A stretch of 64,000 bases of DNA from Octopus sinensis (lineage: Eukaryota), in the NCBI RefSeq assembly GCF_006345805.1, contig NC_043001.1, positions 96,596,001 to 96,660,000 of the forward strand, written 5' to 3'. The notes under the pieces are model-generated. The model was not told where the DNA came from. It saw nothing but the letters and a program-made list of their open reading frames with translations, and searched no databases. This document shows, in pieces, positions 1-11,674 of the stretch. Positions within the stretch are counted from its first letter, which is position 1; each line of letters opens with the position of its first letter. A program made the translations under genes and the position numbers.

Positions 1-272
1 AACTTCAATAAGATCTTCGACAATGTGCAACGAGAATCGCTGTAGAAGTTTGTCGCTCTGTTTAAAATGTCTACCCGCCATAACAGTGTTATGTAATTAC
101 ATTAGGGATGTCACGTTGCTGCCTCATAAACCAAAGAGGGACATATGGAAACGATCGACATTGTTAGAAGGATGCGTCAGGGATTTAAACAGTCCCTTTT
201 TTATTCTTGTTATTGATGGATTTAATTACGAGTAAGTCCATGGAGTGTAGCCTATACATAATAAAATGAGAG

Positions 273-274
<2 letters not shown>

Positions 275-356
<82 letters not shown>

Positions 357-372
357 GCATATATATATATAC

Positions 373-419
<47 letters not shown>

Positions 420-551
420 CATATACATACATATATATATATACATATACATACATACACATGTATATAAGCGCAGTGGCAATGGAATGCATAAGGTAGC
501 TGAATACAGCGAATGTGCTTTAAACGGTCAAGTGTATATCCAAATATAAAA

Positions 552-610
<59 letters not shown>

Positions 611-812
611 CATCATCATCATCATCATTTAAGGCGGCGAACCGGCAGAATCGATAGCACACCAGGCGATGATGCTTAGCGCGTCTTCACGTTCTGAGTT
701 CAAACTCATCCGAGGTCATATCTTCAAATCATCCTTTCGAGGTCGATAAAATAAGTACCAGTTAAGTTTTGGGGTCGAAGTAATCGACTCATCTCCTTAC
801 CCGAAATTGATG

Positions 813-889
<77 letters not shown>

Positions 890-915
890 ATATATATATG
901 CATATATATATATAC

Positions 916-946
<31 letters not shown>

Positions 947-1092
947 CATATATATATATACATATACATACATATATATATATACATATACATACATACA
1001 CATGTATATAAGCGCAGTGGCAATGGAATGCATAAGGTAGCTGAATACAGCGAATGTGCTTTAAACGGTCAAGTGTATATCCAAATATAAAA

Positions 1093-1125
<33 letters not shown>

Positions 1126-1347
1126 TATTATTATTATTATTATTATCATCATCATCATCATCATTAAGGCGGCGAACCGGCAGAATCGATAGCACACCAG
1201 GCGATGATGCTTAGCGCGTCTTCACGTTCTGAGTTCAAACTCATCCGAGGTCATATCTTCAAATCATCCTTTCGAGGTCGATAAAATAAGTACCAGTTAA
1301 GTTTTGGGGTCGAAGTAATCGACTCATCTCCTTACCCGAAATTGATG

Positions 1348-1350
<3 letters not shown>
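275..1350. repeat. Two-copy tandem duplication (~540 bp unit: (TA)n + unique + (TTA)n(ATC)n + family A SINE)
   Basis: Unique text gcgcagtggcaatgg...ccgaaattgatggcc occurs at ~470-813 and ~1012-1350; differences seen are only indels in low-complexity runs. Confidence 0.9.
631..812 (+). mobile_element. Diverged family A tRNA-derived SINE (duplicate copy at 1166-1350)
   Basis: aaggcggcgaaccggcagaatcg head, then catcctttcgaggtcgataaaataagtaccag core shared with other family A copies. Confidence 0.75.
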
Positions 1351-1438
<88 letters not shown>

Positions 1439-1445
1439 CATATAA

Positions 1446-1495
<50 letters not shown>

Positions 1496-1548
1496 GAGAG
1501 GGAGATAGAGAGAGAGAGACTGCCAGAAAGAGTGATGGACGTACGGAG

Positions 1549-1581
<33 letters not shown>

Positions 1582-1702
1582 GTCTGTCTGTCTAGCTATC
1601 TAAATGTATTAATACTCATACACGCACATATATGTATGTATATATGTATATATATAAAATATATATACATTATATGCAAAATATGCTATACATTATACAT
1701 TG

Positions 1703-2050
1703 TTAGGACACGGGACTCGCGGACATAGGATCGCGGTTTCGATTCTCAGAGCGGGCGTTGGAAGTGTTTATTGAACGAAAACACCTAAAGCTCCACGAGG
1801 CTTCTGCAGGGGGTGGTGGCGAGGCCTGCTGTACTCTTTCACAACTTTCTCTCACTCTTTCCTCCTGTTTCTGCTGTACCTGTATTTCAAAGTGCCATCG
1901 CTGTCACACTCTACATCACGCTGAATATCCTCGAGAACTACGTTAAGAGTTATACGTGTCTGTGGAGTGCTCAGCCACTTGAATGTCAATTCCACGAGCA
2001 GGCTGTTCCATTGATCAGACCAACTGGAACCTTCGTCGTTGTAACTGACA
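1703..2050 (+). mobile_element. Family C tRNA-derived SINE
   Basis: ggactcgcgg...gatcgcggtttcgattc tRNA-like head; body matches 53170-53544 (minus). Confidence 0.8.
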
Positions 2051-2067
2051 TAGTGCTACGATATATC

Positions 2068-2303
2068 CGTTTCTTTTATTACCCACAAGGGGCTAAACAT
2101 AGAGGGGACAAACAAGGACAGACAAACGGATTAAGTCGACTATATCAACCCCAGTGCGTAACTGGTACTTATTTAATCGACCCCGAAAGGATGAAAGGCA
2201 AAGTCGACCTCAGCGGAATTTGAACTCAGAATGTAACGGCAGAGGAATTACGTCTATGCTTTTCGCCCGGCGTGCTAGCGTTTCTTCGAGCTCGCCGCCT
2301 TCA
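2068..2303 (-). mobile_element. Full-length family A SINE with 14-bp TSD
   Basis: Matches 19724-19955 and 57494-57725; tgctacgatatatc at 2054-2067 and 2304-2317. Confidence 0.9.
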
Positions 2304-3219
2304 TGCTACGATATATCATTAAAATAAGTTAGGTAGTATAAAAACAATACATAAATTAACATATATTAATTCATACACACTCACATACACTTAACATACA
2401 CACTTGTATACATAGATATAATCATATACATACGGAAGGAAAACGTCTGGAGCAAGAAGAGAAATTTTCAGTAAGTTTTAGTCTAAACTGATACCAAATC
2501 CCCAGAGTCACAAGTAACCATACATAATCAACATTAAAATGGCGAATATCGAATAATTTTTCTTACTAACCCAAACCTCTGGGACTTCTGCAGCAGTAAT
2601 TACTTAACTAGTGGCTCGCATTAAAAACGACACTCTTACGAACAGATATCATTAGCTGTCACTTAACCCTGAATACACTGACGGCTATCAAAGATCTATT
2701 GTTTATCACAAACATAGAGACTCCTTTGATATCACTATTAACTATGCTCTCTTTGCGTTACTGAATGGAGTGATACAAGGACCTTTAAACTCTCCTTGCG
2801 TATATAACTTGTCTTTGACATGCACCTCTGACTCGTCTTGTGTGTTTTCTTTTCTGCGAATATAAAGTCTTTGTTTTGTCACGATTAATAAGCCGTGACA
2901 GTTTATCAAATATTCACACTTCACTTTCATGTGATAGCTAAGCATTGCGATCCTTTATACCTTCTGTTTCTGTATCAAAGGAATTTTTAGTGAGTGTGTG
3001 TGTGTGTGTGTGTATTTGAGTGTGTTTGTGCGCATGTGTGTGTGTATATGTGTGTGAGTTGGAGCGGTGGGTGTTGTGGTGGGATATATACTGGATCATG
3101 GTAATAAGTTGCGTTAATAGATCAAAATGCCATTACAAAACAATTCCATAGCAACTTGTGATGGAAATCATTATCTCAGGAACAATGATGCCAGCAAGAT
3201 GTCAGCATCAATTTTCATT

Positions 3220-3368
3220 TATCGTTACTCATCGTCATCTCCATCATCATCATCATCGGCACCATCAGCAGTGTGATCATAATCAGTCATCGGCACAAAC
3301 TTTCATTGTCATCACCATCGCTGACGACTCCGTAGTCGTCGTCGTCGACACCATCGTCACCGTCGTCG

Positions 3369-3412
<44 letters not shown>

Positions 3413-3482
3413 GTCACCATCATCGTTACCATCATCGTCACCATCATCATCACCATCGTCGTCACCATCGTCGTCATCATCG

Positions 3483-3548
<66 letters not shown>

Positions 3549-3960
3549 ACATCGTCACCATCATCGTCAACATCGTCATTATCATCACTATCATATTTAA
3601 AATTATGTAAAAACCATTCTAGCATTTCATAAGCCACAAAACTGTTCAAGTTTATCATCTTAATCATCATCCACATCGCTGTCGTCATCATGGCTCTCAT
3701 TATCATTATCGCTGTCGTCGTCATGGTTGTCATCATCATTGTCATCATCATCATCATTATTCCATCAACATACTCATCATCATCCTCATCACCTTCATCA
3801 TCACCGTCGTCATCGTTATCATCATTATCATTATTATCGTCAGCTTCATCATTGTCGTCGTCATCATCGTTGCCATCATTAACATAATCCTCATCGTCAT
3901 CATTATCACCATCATTATAGTTTTCGTCACAATCATGATGAATATTTTGACGATCCAACC
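3220..3960. repeat. Degenerate (ATC/GTC)n low-complexity tract
   Basis: Poly-Ile, poly-Asp and poly-Met ORFs are translations of the trinucleotide repeat. Confidence 0.9.
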
Positions 3961-4224
3961 ACATCGTGGCAAAGCTATTCTAGCATTTAATAACCCACAT
4001 TTCAATTTACTTTAAATGTAAATTTAGTGGAGTTGCAGCGGAACTGTGTTAGTGACCTGGCCGCAGTAGTGCGACGAATATATTGATACCTCAGGAAATA
4101 AGCTTGGAGGGTAATTAACAGTTTTGTGTGTTATCAAATTACCACAATGACTCTTCCTCGACGTTGTTGCTACAATTTTCAACAGAAAATCTCTAATCGC
4201 CAGACAACTGAAATTATAATGATC

Positions 4225-4624
4225 AGGCGCAGGAGTGGCTGTGTGGTAAGTAGCTTGCTTACCAACCACATGGTTCCGGGTTCAGTCCTACTGCGTGGCA
4301 CCTTGGGCAAGTGTCTTCTACTATAGCCTCGGGTCGACCAAAGCCTTGTGAGTGGATTTGGTAGACGGAAACTGAAAGAAGACCGTCGTATATATGTATA
4401 TATACATGTGTGTGTGTATATGTTTGTGTGTCTGTGTTTGTCCTCCCAACATCGCTTGACAACCGATGCTGGTGTGTTTACGTCCCCGTAACTTTGCGGT
4501 TCGGCAAAGAGACCGATAGAATAAGTACTAGGCTTACAAAGAATAAGTCCTGGGGTCGATTTGCTCGACTAAAGGCGGTGCTCCAGCATAGCCACAGTCA
4601 AATGACTGAAAAGAGTAAAAGAGC
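4225..4624 (+). mobile_element. Family B composite SINE (tRNA head, CORE-like ccttgggcaagt block, internal (TA/TG)n, second module)
   Basis: aggcgcaggagtggctgtgtggtaag head with B-box-like gggttcagtcc; more than 12 homologous copies in window. Confidence 0.85.
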
Positions 4625-4949
4625 ATTACTAATTAACACATATGCCCATCAAAGTCATCGTCATTGTCCACTTGATCATGATGATGCTCATCATCGTTAT
4701 GACCATCATCGCTGTCTTTCTCCTTGTCCTCGCCCTCATCTTCCTCCTCAACTGCAACAGCACTTCGAGGCGTCTCTGGAGGTCGTCGGTAAATATGAAA
4801 ATGAAACTCGACCTAGTACTCATTTTTTGAAAACCCAGATGGCCGAGATATGCACAAACCAGCGAAGTTGTCCTGCAGAAGTTAGCCACATCTACCCACC
4901 TTCCAGTTATTTCATCCTTTCAGTTCCTTTCCGAGTGATTTTGGACGTG

Positions 4950-5140
4950 TTCATTATTTACATTATTTATATTATTTACAATTGACAGACCTTTGTCCTC
5001 ATCTTGTTTGTTGTTAATACAACGTTTCGGCTGATATACCCTCCAGCCTTCATCAGGTGTCTTGGGGAAATTTCGAACCTGGGTTTTCATTCCTAGAGTA
5101 TTTTTCGATGTTGTTTTTGTTATTGTTATTGTTATTGTTG

Positions 5141-5186
<46 letters not shown>

Positions 5187-5340
5187 GGTCACTGCTTGGA
5201 ATCGAACTCGGAATCTTGGTGTTAGTGGCCCGCGCTCTTAACCGCTACGCCATAACAACAAACAAGATGAGGACAAATAGCCGTTAAATGTAAATAATGT
5301 AAATAATGTACATAATTCCTCATCTCTTAAATATAGTACT
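4950..5340 (-). mobile_element. tRNA-headed SINE-like element with Penelope-type tail and inverted terminal arm
   Basis: Minus strand: A-box TGGCGTAGCGG (5242-5252), B-box GAGTTCGATTCC, (TAA)n, then tail homologous to 11660-11830; inverted copy of tail at 5253-5340. Confidence 0.8.
5016..5061 (-). ncRNA. Minimal type I hammerhead ribozyme motif (one stem I mismatch)
   Basis: GACAC CUGAUGA A GGCUG-loop-CAGCC GAA ACGU U GUAUU. Confidence 0.6.
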
Positions 5341-5344
5341 GTAT

Positions 5345-5660
5345 TTGACCGTCTTACTATTGACGATTCCTCCGTTATTAAAATATCTTCTACCAAAAGA
5401 TCCTGCCCGAACTAGTTCCTAAGTACCTCAGGTAAACCTTAGCTCTAGCGACATACGCATTGGGTAAGGTTTCCTTTATTTGGTAGTTATAAAGAAAGAG
5501 ATTATGTGGAGGACGAGAATGAAAGGACTGAAGAGAGACACCTTCCTCTTCGGCCAGCTTCTTAGTAAATTCTTCAAGCTTCACCCGGAAAGGAAGCTGG
5601 AGATTGAGAGGGAGGCGATGACTCGCTTCAAAACCTTCATAGTTTCTATGCCACTCTTCT
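5345..5660 (-). pseudogene. Possible N-terminal fragment of a second L1/Tx1-like ORF1
   Basis: MKVLKRVIASLSISSFLSG then frameshift to KLEEFTKKLAEEEG...; same pyrimidine-tract/A-run/ATG layout as 8800-8900; no diagnostic motif. Confidence 0.3.
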
Positions 5661-5908
5661 TATTCTCCTTTTCTATGTTTTTATTATTATTATTATTTTG
5701 TCGATTTAACATTCTTTGGTCTCTTGGTAAGAGTAAGAACAGGAAAGAATAAGAAAAACAAAAAAGAAAAAAATACAGAAAAATCGGAAACCACAGAAAA
5801 TCTTTTTTGTTAAAGGTTTTGTTTAGGAAACGAAAATCATTCATTCAATACAAAACTAACAACACTGATCTCTATGTTTTTTTTATTGTTTTCTTAATTA
5901 TTTATATG

Positions 5909-5939
<31 letters not shown>

Positions 5940-6807
5940 ATATATATTTTATTTTTTTCTCGATTATATTTCCGAAAAACAAACAAAACAAGGAAGAAAG
6001 AAGGCGAAACGAAGCATCAATTATTTTTGTGGGCTCCTAACAAAATAATCTCCGTCCGGATTATATTGTTATAAATGGCGATTGATTATTTTCTTTTTCT
6101 TTTTCTTTTGGAATACATACACACATACAGAGAGAGAGAGAGAGAGGTGGGGGGGGGGGCGGTGAATGTTTATCACTTCTCTGGTTGACATTACCGATTT
6201 GTCTCAACAGCTGAATTCTGTCGACAGCCATTGATATTTTACATTGATGTTCAAGTAACATAGTTTGATAGAGACAAAATAACGTGATACTCTTATCTCT
6301 CAACGCCTCGCTTTCCTCTCTACCCTATCTCTCTCTTTCAGTCTCTCTCACTCTCTCTCTGTCTCTCTTCTGTTTTGCTCACTAACTTCACCATTCCTTT
6401 CACTCACAGATTATAAAACAAATGGAAATCGAACTTGATTCGTCTGCGTTAATTGGTTGAAATCCTATGTGTCATATTTAATTGGATGAGAGATGTAGGT
6501 CAAACAATGTTTATTTTTATTCACACGTTTCTACACGTCCCCCATCGCCTCCATCATATTCATCATTATTGACTTTAATTGGATTTTACAGCTGACTAAA
6601 GGACAATGATTCGTTCACTGAAGCCATATGGTCAACACATCAATAACTACCATAAAAGAATTAGTACAAGTATCAGGTATACTAGTTTAGCACGTTGATT
6701 TGGTAACTAATAGACGTAATGTCATGAAATAGAGGTATGCTGCAGTTTGGATTGTGGTTCTAACTACATCACTTTGATTTACATAGTTAAGGAATCTAGG
6801 ATAGATA

Positions 6808-7014
6808 TACTCTTTTACTCTTTTACTTGTTTCAGTCGTTTGACTGCGGCCATGCTGGAGCACCGCCTTTAGTTGAGCAAACCGACCCCAGGACTTATTC
6901 TTTGTAAGCCTAGTACTTATTCTCTCGGTCTCTTTTGATGAACCGCCTAGTTACAGGGACGTGAACACACCAGCATCGGTTGTCAAGCGATGTTGGGGGG
7001 ACGAACACACACAT

Positions 7015-7049
<35 letters not shown>

Positions 7050-7198
7050 CATATATACGACGGGCTTCTTTCAGTTTCCGTCTGCCAAATCCACTCACAA
7101 GGCTTTGGTCGGCCCGAGGCTATAGTAGAAGACACTTACCCAAGGTGCCACGCAGTGGGACTGAACCCGGAACCATGTGGTTGGTAAGCAAGCTACTT
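6808..7198 (-). mobile_element. Family B SINE interrupted in its tRNA head (remainder at 9430-9452)
   Basis: Consensus caagctactt|accacacagccactcc is split; continuation accacatagccactcc lies at 9430. Confidence 0.9.
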
Positions 7199-9414
7199 TA
7201 TTTCATAACATTTGCCATAAAGGCAGTACATAGAGTAAGTTAGCTTTGCGGGCTGGACGAGGACATTAATGAAGTGAATGATAATGAAAGAAAGATGATG
7301 GGGATGGGAGAAGACAAAAAACGCCCGCCGACTTCTGCTTCTCTAAAACATTGTTCTTTTAAAAACAAACACAAAACGAGGTATTAAACCTCTTACAATT
7401 TTTTCAATTTTTGGACTTAGCAGTCCATTACTAATAACAACATAGTTCAATAATTACATATATAAATACAATACACAAGCCCCTCCTCCCAGACCTGGCT
7501 TACACTTCCCTTAGGAATGCGCCAGCTCCAGGTCGGGGCCCCTCAAGTCGTATCACAATTTGACTCGTCCTCGAAATAACTTGTGCCCGCATCCTCCACC
7601 ATCCACCACGCCTCCCTCAGAACGTAATCGAGTTCCGAGTTAGCGTCGCCCGGGACCAAGCTATAATCCTCATTGAGCTCCTTCAGCCCAAGCGTCACGT
7701 CGAACGCCACGGCCTCCACAGCTACCTGCGGAGGCCATTCGGGGTCCTGTGTGAAGGCTAAAGGTGCTCCCTTGTGGTGCTTTTCCATCACCTTTTCAAT
7801 CTCTCCGCTTCTATGGAAGAGGATCAATACCTCGTTTTTGCTCGGGTGCGGGATATTCAATTCTTTCGTTGGCGGCACAGTTCCCGCCAACGGTATTTCT
7901 TCTCCTGTCGGTGGCACAACCCCAACCGACGTAGTTCCGGGACATTCCGGTGCTATGTCACCGACAGCCGGTAATGTCCCGTTTCTCTTCCTCTTTTCTT
8001 TTTTTTCTATTCAACTGAGGGAGGGTGTGTCTCCTCCGTGGCCGGAAGATTCGCCTTTTCCTCCTCATCCCTAGTATCCTTTGGTGAGCACCCATTGTTG
8101 CTCACCTTCCTCTTTCGGCCTCTGTTTGAGGAGTCCTCTGCTTCCTCGGCCGTTATCATTCCCTCTTCTACAGGGGTTTCACTTAACTTTTCCGGGATCC
8201 TATTTTGTTCCCGGGGACAGTTCTTTATATGGCCGGACTCCAAGCACCGATGACACTTAGGGGGGCGACCCTCAAGCATCACCGGGTACCTGCACTCGGC
8301 CATTTTCAAAAAATCTGGAAGAACCAGATTGGCTGATTGGGTCCAAAGGGTCAAAATTGCTTTTGATCCAACCCAAGCAGCCGCAGGAAGAACTTTCACA
8401 TTAAGGAGCTTAGTTTCGCTGCCACCCAGACCCCGGCGGATAGTCTCCTCTATCCACTCGGGATGGCAGCCCGCAAATCCAAGCTTTCGTCAGTCTCTTT
8501 TTTTGGTACGTGGGCAGGAATAACATTTCCTTACCCTCCAGAGGTTCACTAGCAAATTTGCAAGCCTCTTCAGAGGTGTCAAATAGCAACCACACCGTTG
8601 CATATTTGACACCCTGGAAATGAATTTAATTGTTGGCAAATACTCTGCAAACTCCTTTTCAATTGCCGTCTTTTCGAACAGGTCGATGGTATCGAGTGCC
8701 TTGGAGTAGGTTCTCAACACCACCGTCCTATCTTCACGGTCTTTTAACCACTTTTTAGGCGGTATGATCTCCCATTCCAAAATTTTGTAATTTTTCCTTG
8801 CCATGTTTTCTTTTTCTTTTTTTTAAATATATTCAAAATAAAACTTAAAAAGCGAGAAGAAAAAGAAATCAGAAGAAAGTTACAATGAACAAAGAAGGAG
8901 AAAGTCAAATAAAGTTAAAAAGAAAGTCAATAACACAACAAAACCCTTCTGGCCATTCGGTACTCCCGGCCTAAATTGAACCCGGAACGCCGCAACTGGA
9001 ACACAACTTCCACAAAAATTGGTGTAAAATTGGTAAAAATTGTTCAAACTTCGGAGGCAAAACACTCCCCTATATAACAGTTCTCACAATTCTTAAAGTT
9101 CTTCACAGCACAATACAATTCTCGTAATTAGGTGAGAAAAATATTCACTCAATTATCGAAGACGAATACGCCCCCCCCCCAAATTCTCACAATTCAGCGA
9201 GAAAAATATATTTGCCCCATGTCGGCAGAATCAGAATTCTGAATCCAGTAGAACTTCCTGCCTGTAAAAAACAATCTCTCACTCGACCCAGAAAACAGAA
9301 TCTTACCTTACAATGGGGCTTCAAAAATTTTCAATTCAAGACGGCTTCAAAAGCACGTCTTCACCGCTTCAGTGCCAAACACAACACTGACTCGCACATG
9401 CGCAGAAGCAACCT
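7199..9414 (-). mobile_element. Complete ORF1-only non-LTR retroelement (L1/Tx1 ORF1-like, HAL1-like architecture)
   Basis: 15-bp TSD gtaa(g/c)caagctactt at 7184-7198 and 9415-9429; single frameshifted ORF; AATAAA formed at 3' junction; no endonuclease or RT sequence. Confidence 0.8.
7543..8804 (-). pseudogene. Frameshifted gag-like ORF1 protein (~420 aa; putative RRM-like N-terminus, CCHC knuckle)
   Basis: Four ORF pieces (8490-8804, 8410-8595, 8007-8399, 7543-7917); PVMLEGRPPKCHRCLESGHIKNCP knuckle at 8217-8255. Confidence 0.7.
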
Positions 9415-9614
9415 GTAACCAAGCTACTTACCACATAGCCACTCCTGGACCTACACATTCCTCTCTATACTGTTTCTATGATTGAAACTAATTGAGGCGG
9501 ACGTAGCTTTAAATAATCCTTTTCAGTAGAAATGAGAAACGTTATGGACCGGTTCTTCTCCCTTGACAGCATAGTTTTCTACAGACACATGCACACACAC
9601 AGACAGACACATGC

Positions 9615-9661
<47 letters not shown>

Positions 9662-9735
9662 AGGGATGGAGCTTTGAATTGAGACCAGTCACCTAACATA
9701 GTACTCCTTAATTTTACATTCCTACAGTCCTTTAC

Positions 9736-10055
9736 GGTGGAGGCACAAGGCCTAGTGGTTAGAGCAGCGGATTCGCAGTCAAGTTTATCGCGGGTTCGAA
9801 TTTCAGACCGGGTGATGTGTGTGTTTATGAGCGAAACACCTAAGCTCCACGCGGCTCCAGCAGAAGACAATGGCGAACTTTTGCTGACTCTTTCGCCACA
9901 ACTTTCTCTCACTCTTTCCTCCTGCATCTTGCAGCTCACCTGCGATGGACCGGCGTCCCGCCCAGGTGGGGAACCTATACGCCAAGGAAACCGGGAAACC
10001 GGCCCTTATGAGCCATGCATGGCTCGAGAAGAAACAAACAAAACAAAACCGTCTT
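9736..10055 (+). mobile_element. Family D tRNA-derived SINE
   Basis: ggcctagtggttagagc A-box, gggttcgaatttc B-box, cctgcgatggaccggcgtcccg domain; homolog at 53652-53965. Confidence 0.85.
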
Positions 10056-10333
10056 TTACGGGTGGATAAATAGGGCTTTTAAGGTTAAAGTGCTTAAGTC
10101 TCATTACTGAGTCGTTGACAAGATGTGAACTGAGAAAAATCATGATTCATTCTAATTACGAATCTCACGATTCAATTATCTCCAGCTTCCTTATTTCATT
10201 TTATCTTCTCCATAAGTTGTTACAGTTCGTTGATTTGTAACAAACCCAACACTTTCACTTTCCATGACAAATGAACTTTATTCACTATGAACTTCGCTTT
10301 TTTCCCCCAATAAACATAGAATACTTCATATTT

Positions 10334-10551
10334 AACAATTGCAGCGTGGAAGGTGTTTATAAGCCATTTAAGAAACACACAACATCCGTTAGATTCACTT
10401 CAACATTTAAATTTAAATGTTGAAGTAAATCTAACGGATTTTGCGTGTTTCTTAAATGGCTTATAAACACCTTCCACGCTGCAATTGTTTTCGTTCCAGC
10501 ACACGATCTCAGGTCAGGTCACTTGCTATGCATGTACATCTCCGTAAAACT
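10334..10551. mobile_element. Hairpin element: 156-bp near-perfect palindrome (10334-10489) plus ~60 bp tail
   Basis: aacaattgcagcgtgg...catttaaa|tttaaatg...ccacgctgcaattgtt; flanked by t(c/t)atatttaacaa repeats. Confidence 0.75.
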
Positions 10552-10619
10552 TTATATTTAACAAAAAAGAAAGTAAACTAGAAGTTGTGACATTAGTAAT
10601 ACTAAAAAAAAAAGTTACT

Positions 10620-11383
10620 GACATTATTTTACTCTAGGGTGAACATCGGAATCCGAGGAAACTGGTAATGGCTTGGGTCAGTAGAAATCAGTCAGCCGTC
10701 TTCATAATTCCCGTTCAACGACTTTCCCGGAGCAATGCAATTCTTCCAGGCGATGTCGTGATCGAGTAATGCGGTATGAATGTTTGGTTTGAGTTTTAGT
10801 CACCTTGGTCTTTCGTTAGCTGAAATACCTCATCTGCGCCCGCCACGATTACATATGATAGCAGTATTTTACAAACTAAACTGGTTGATGCTGACCGTTG
10901 TCAGGTTGTTGTTTTTTTTCATCTGCTCAGCATCAAGAGATATTCGTCATTGATTCTTTAAATTCATTTACCGAAAATAGTTTACATCCGCCATACTGCA
11001 TCCTATGATTAGAACGTACCCTGGTTTGGGTGGTTAGATGTTCTTTAATTCGTAGCCGAGAGCCTGGGATGTGTTACTACTCTAGGCCAAAGTAGATCAG
11101 GGTGCAATAATGGCTAAGATGTATTACTTTAAACTGCATCCGGTAGTGTTGCTCTGCATCGGGAGTTCGAGGATTCTTAGGAGTGTGGAGCTAGTTTTTA
11201 GCCACAATCGTTTCCAGAATCAATCATTGAGAAAGTTTAAAATATGTGTAGTTCATTTGCCGTGTGGATATACAGTTTAATGCTCCAAGTACTTCCTTTT
11301 ATCTAAGATTGAAGAAAGAAAGATAAATTGGTGCTTCTTTCTTGGACATTGTGCTGCTTTCTTCCTTCTCAGAGGAAGAGATT
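10620..11383 (-). pseudogene. Possible heavily decayed Penelope GIY-YIG region
   Basis: Fragmentary PIYLSF, RLRIKEHL and TQTKHSY peptides among many stops. Confidence 0.3.
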
Positions 11384-11479
11384 AAACCCAGCACTTTCAC
11401 ACTTCATGACAAATGAACTTTATTTACTGTGAACTTCGCTTTTGTTTTTTTTGCTCTAATAAACTTAGAATACTCTATA

Positions 11480-11607
11480 GTTCTATAAATCCTTAAAAAT
11501 GTTTTAGCCCGAAGGCTAAAAGAAATTAAGAAATGAGGAATTATGTACATTCTTTACATTCTTTACATTCGACAGATATTTGTCCTCATCTTGTTTGCTG
11601 TTAACAC

Positions 11608-11674
<67 letters not shown>

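Noticed and set aside
185-1728. Long ORFs rich in YI/IY, ER and poly-Ile (also at 15800-16490, 34886-35656, 41694-42293, 46183-46798, 54724-55474)
   Set aside because: They are translations of di-, tri- and tetranucleotide microsatellites, with no domain content or splice structure.
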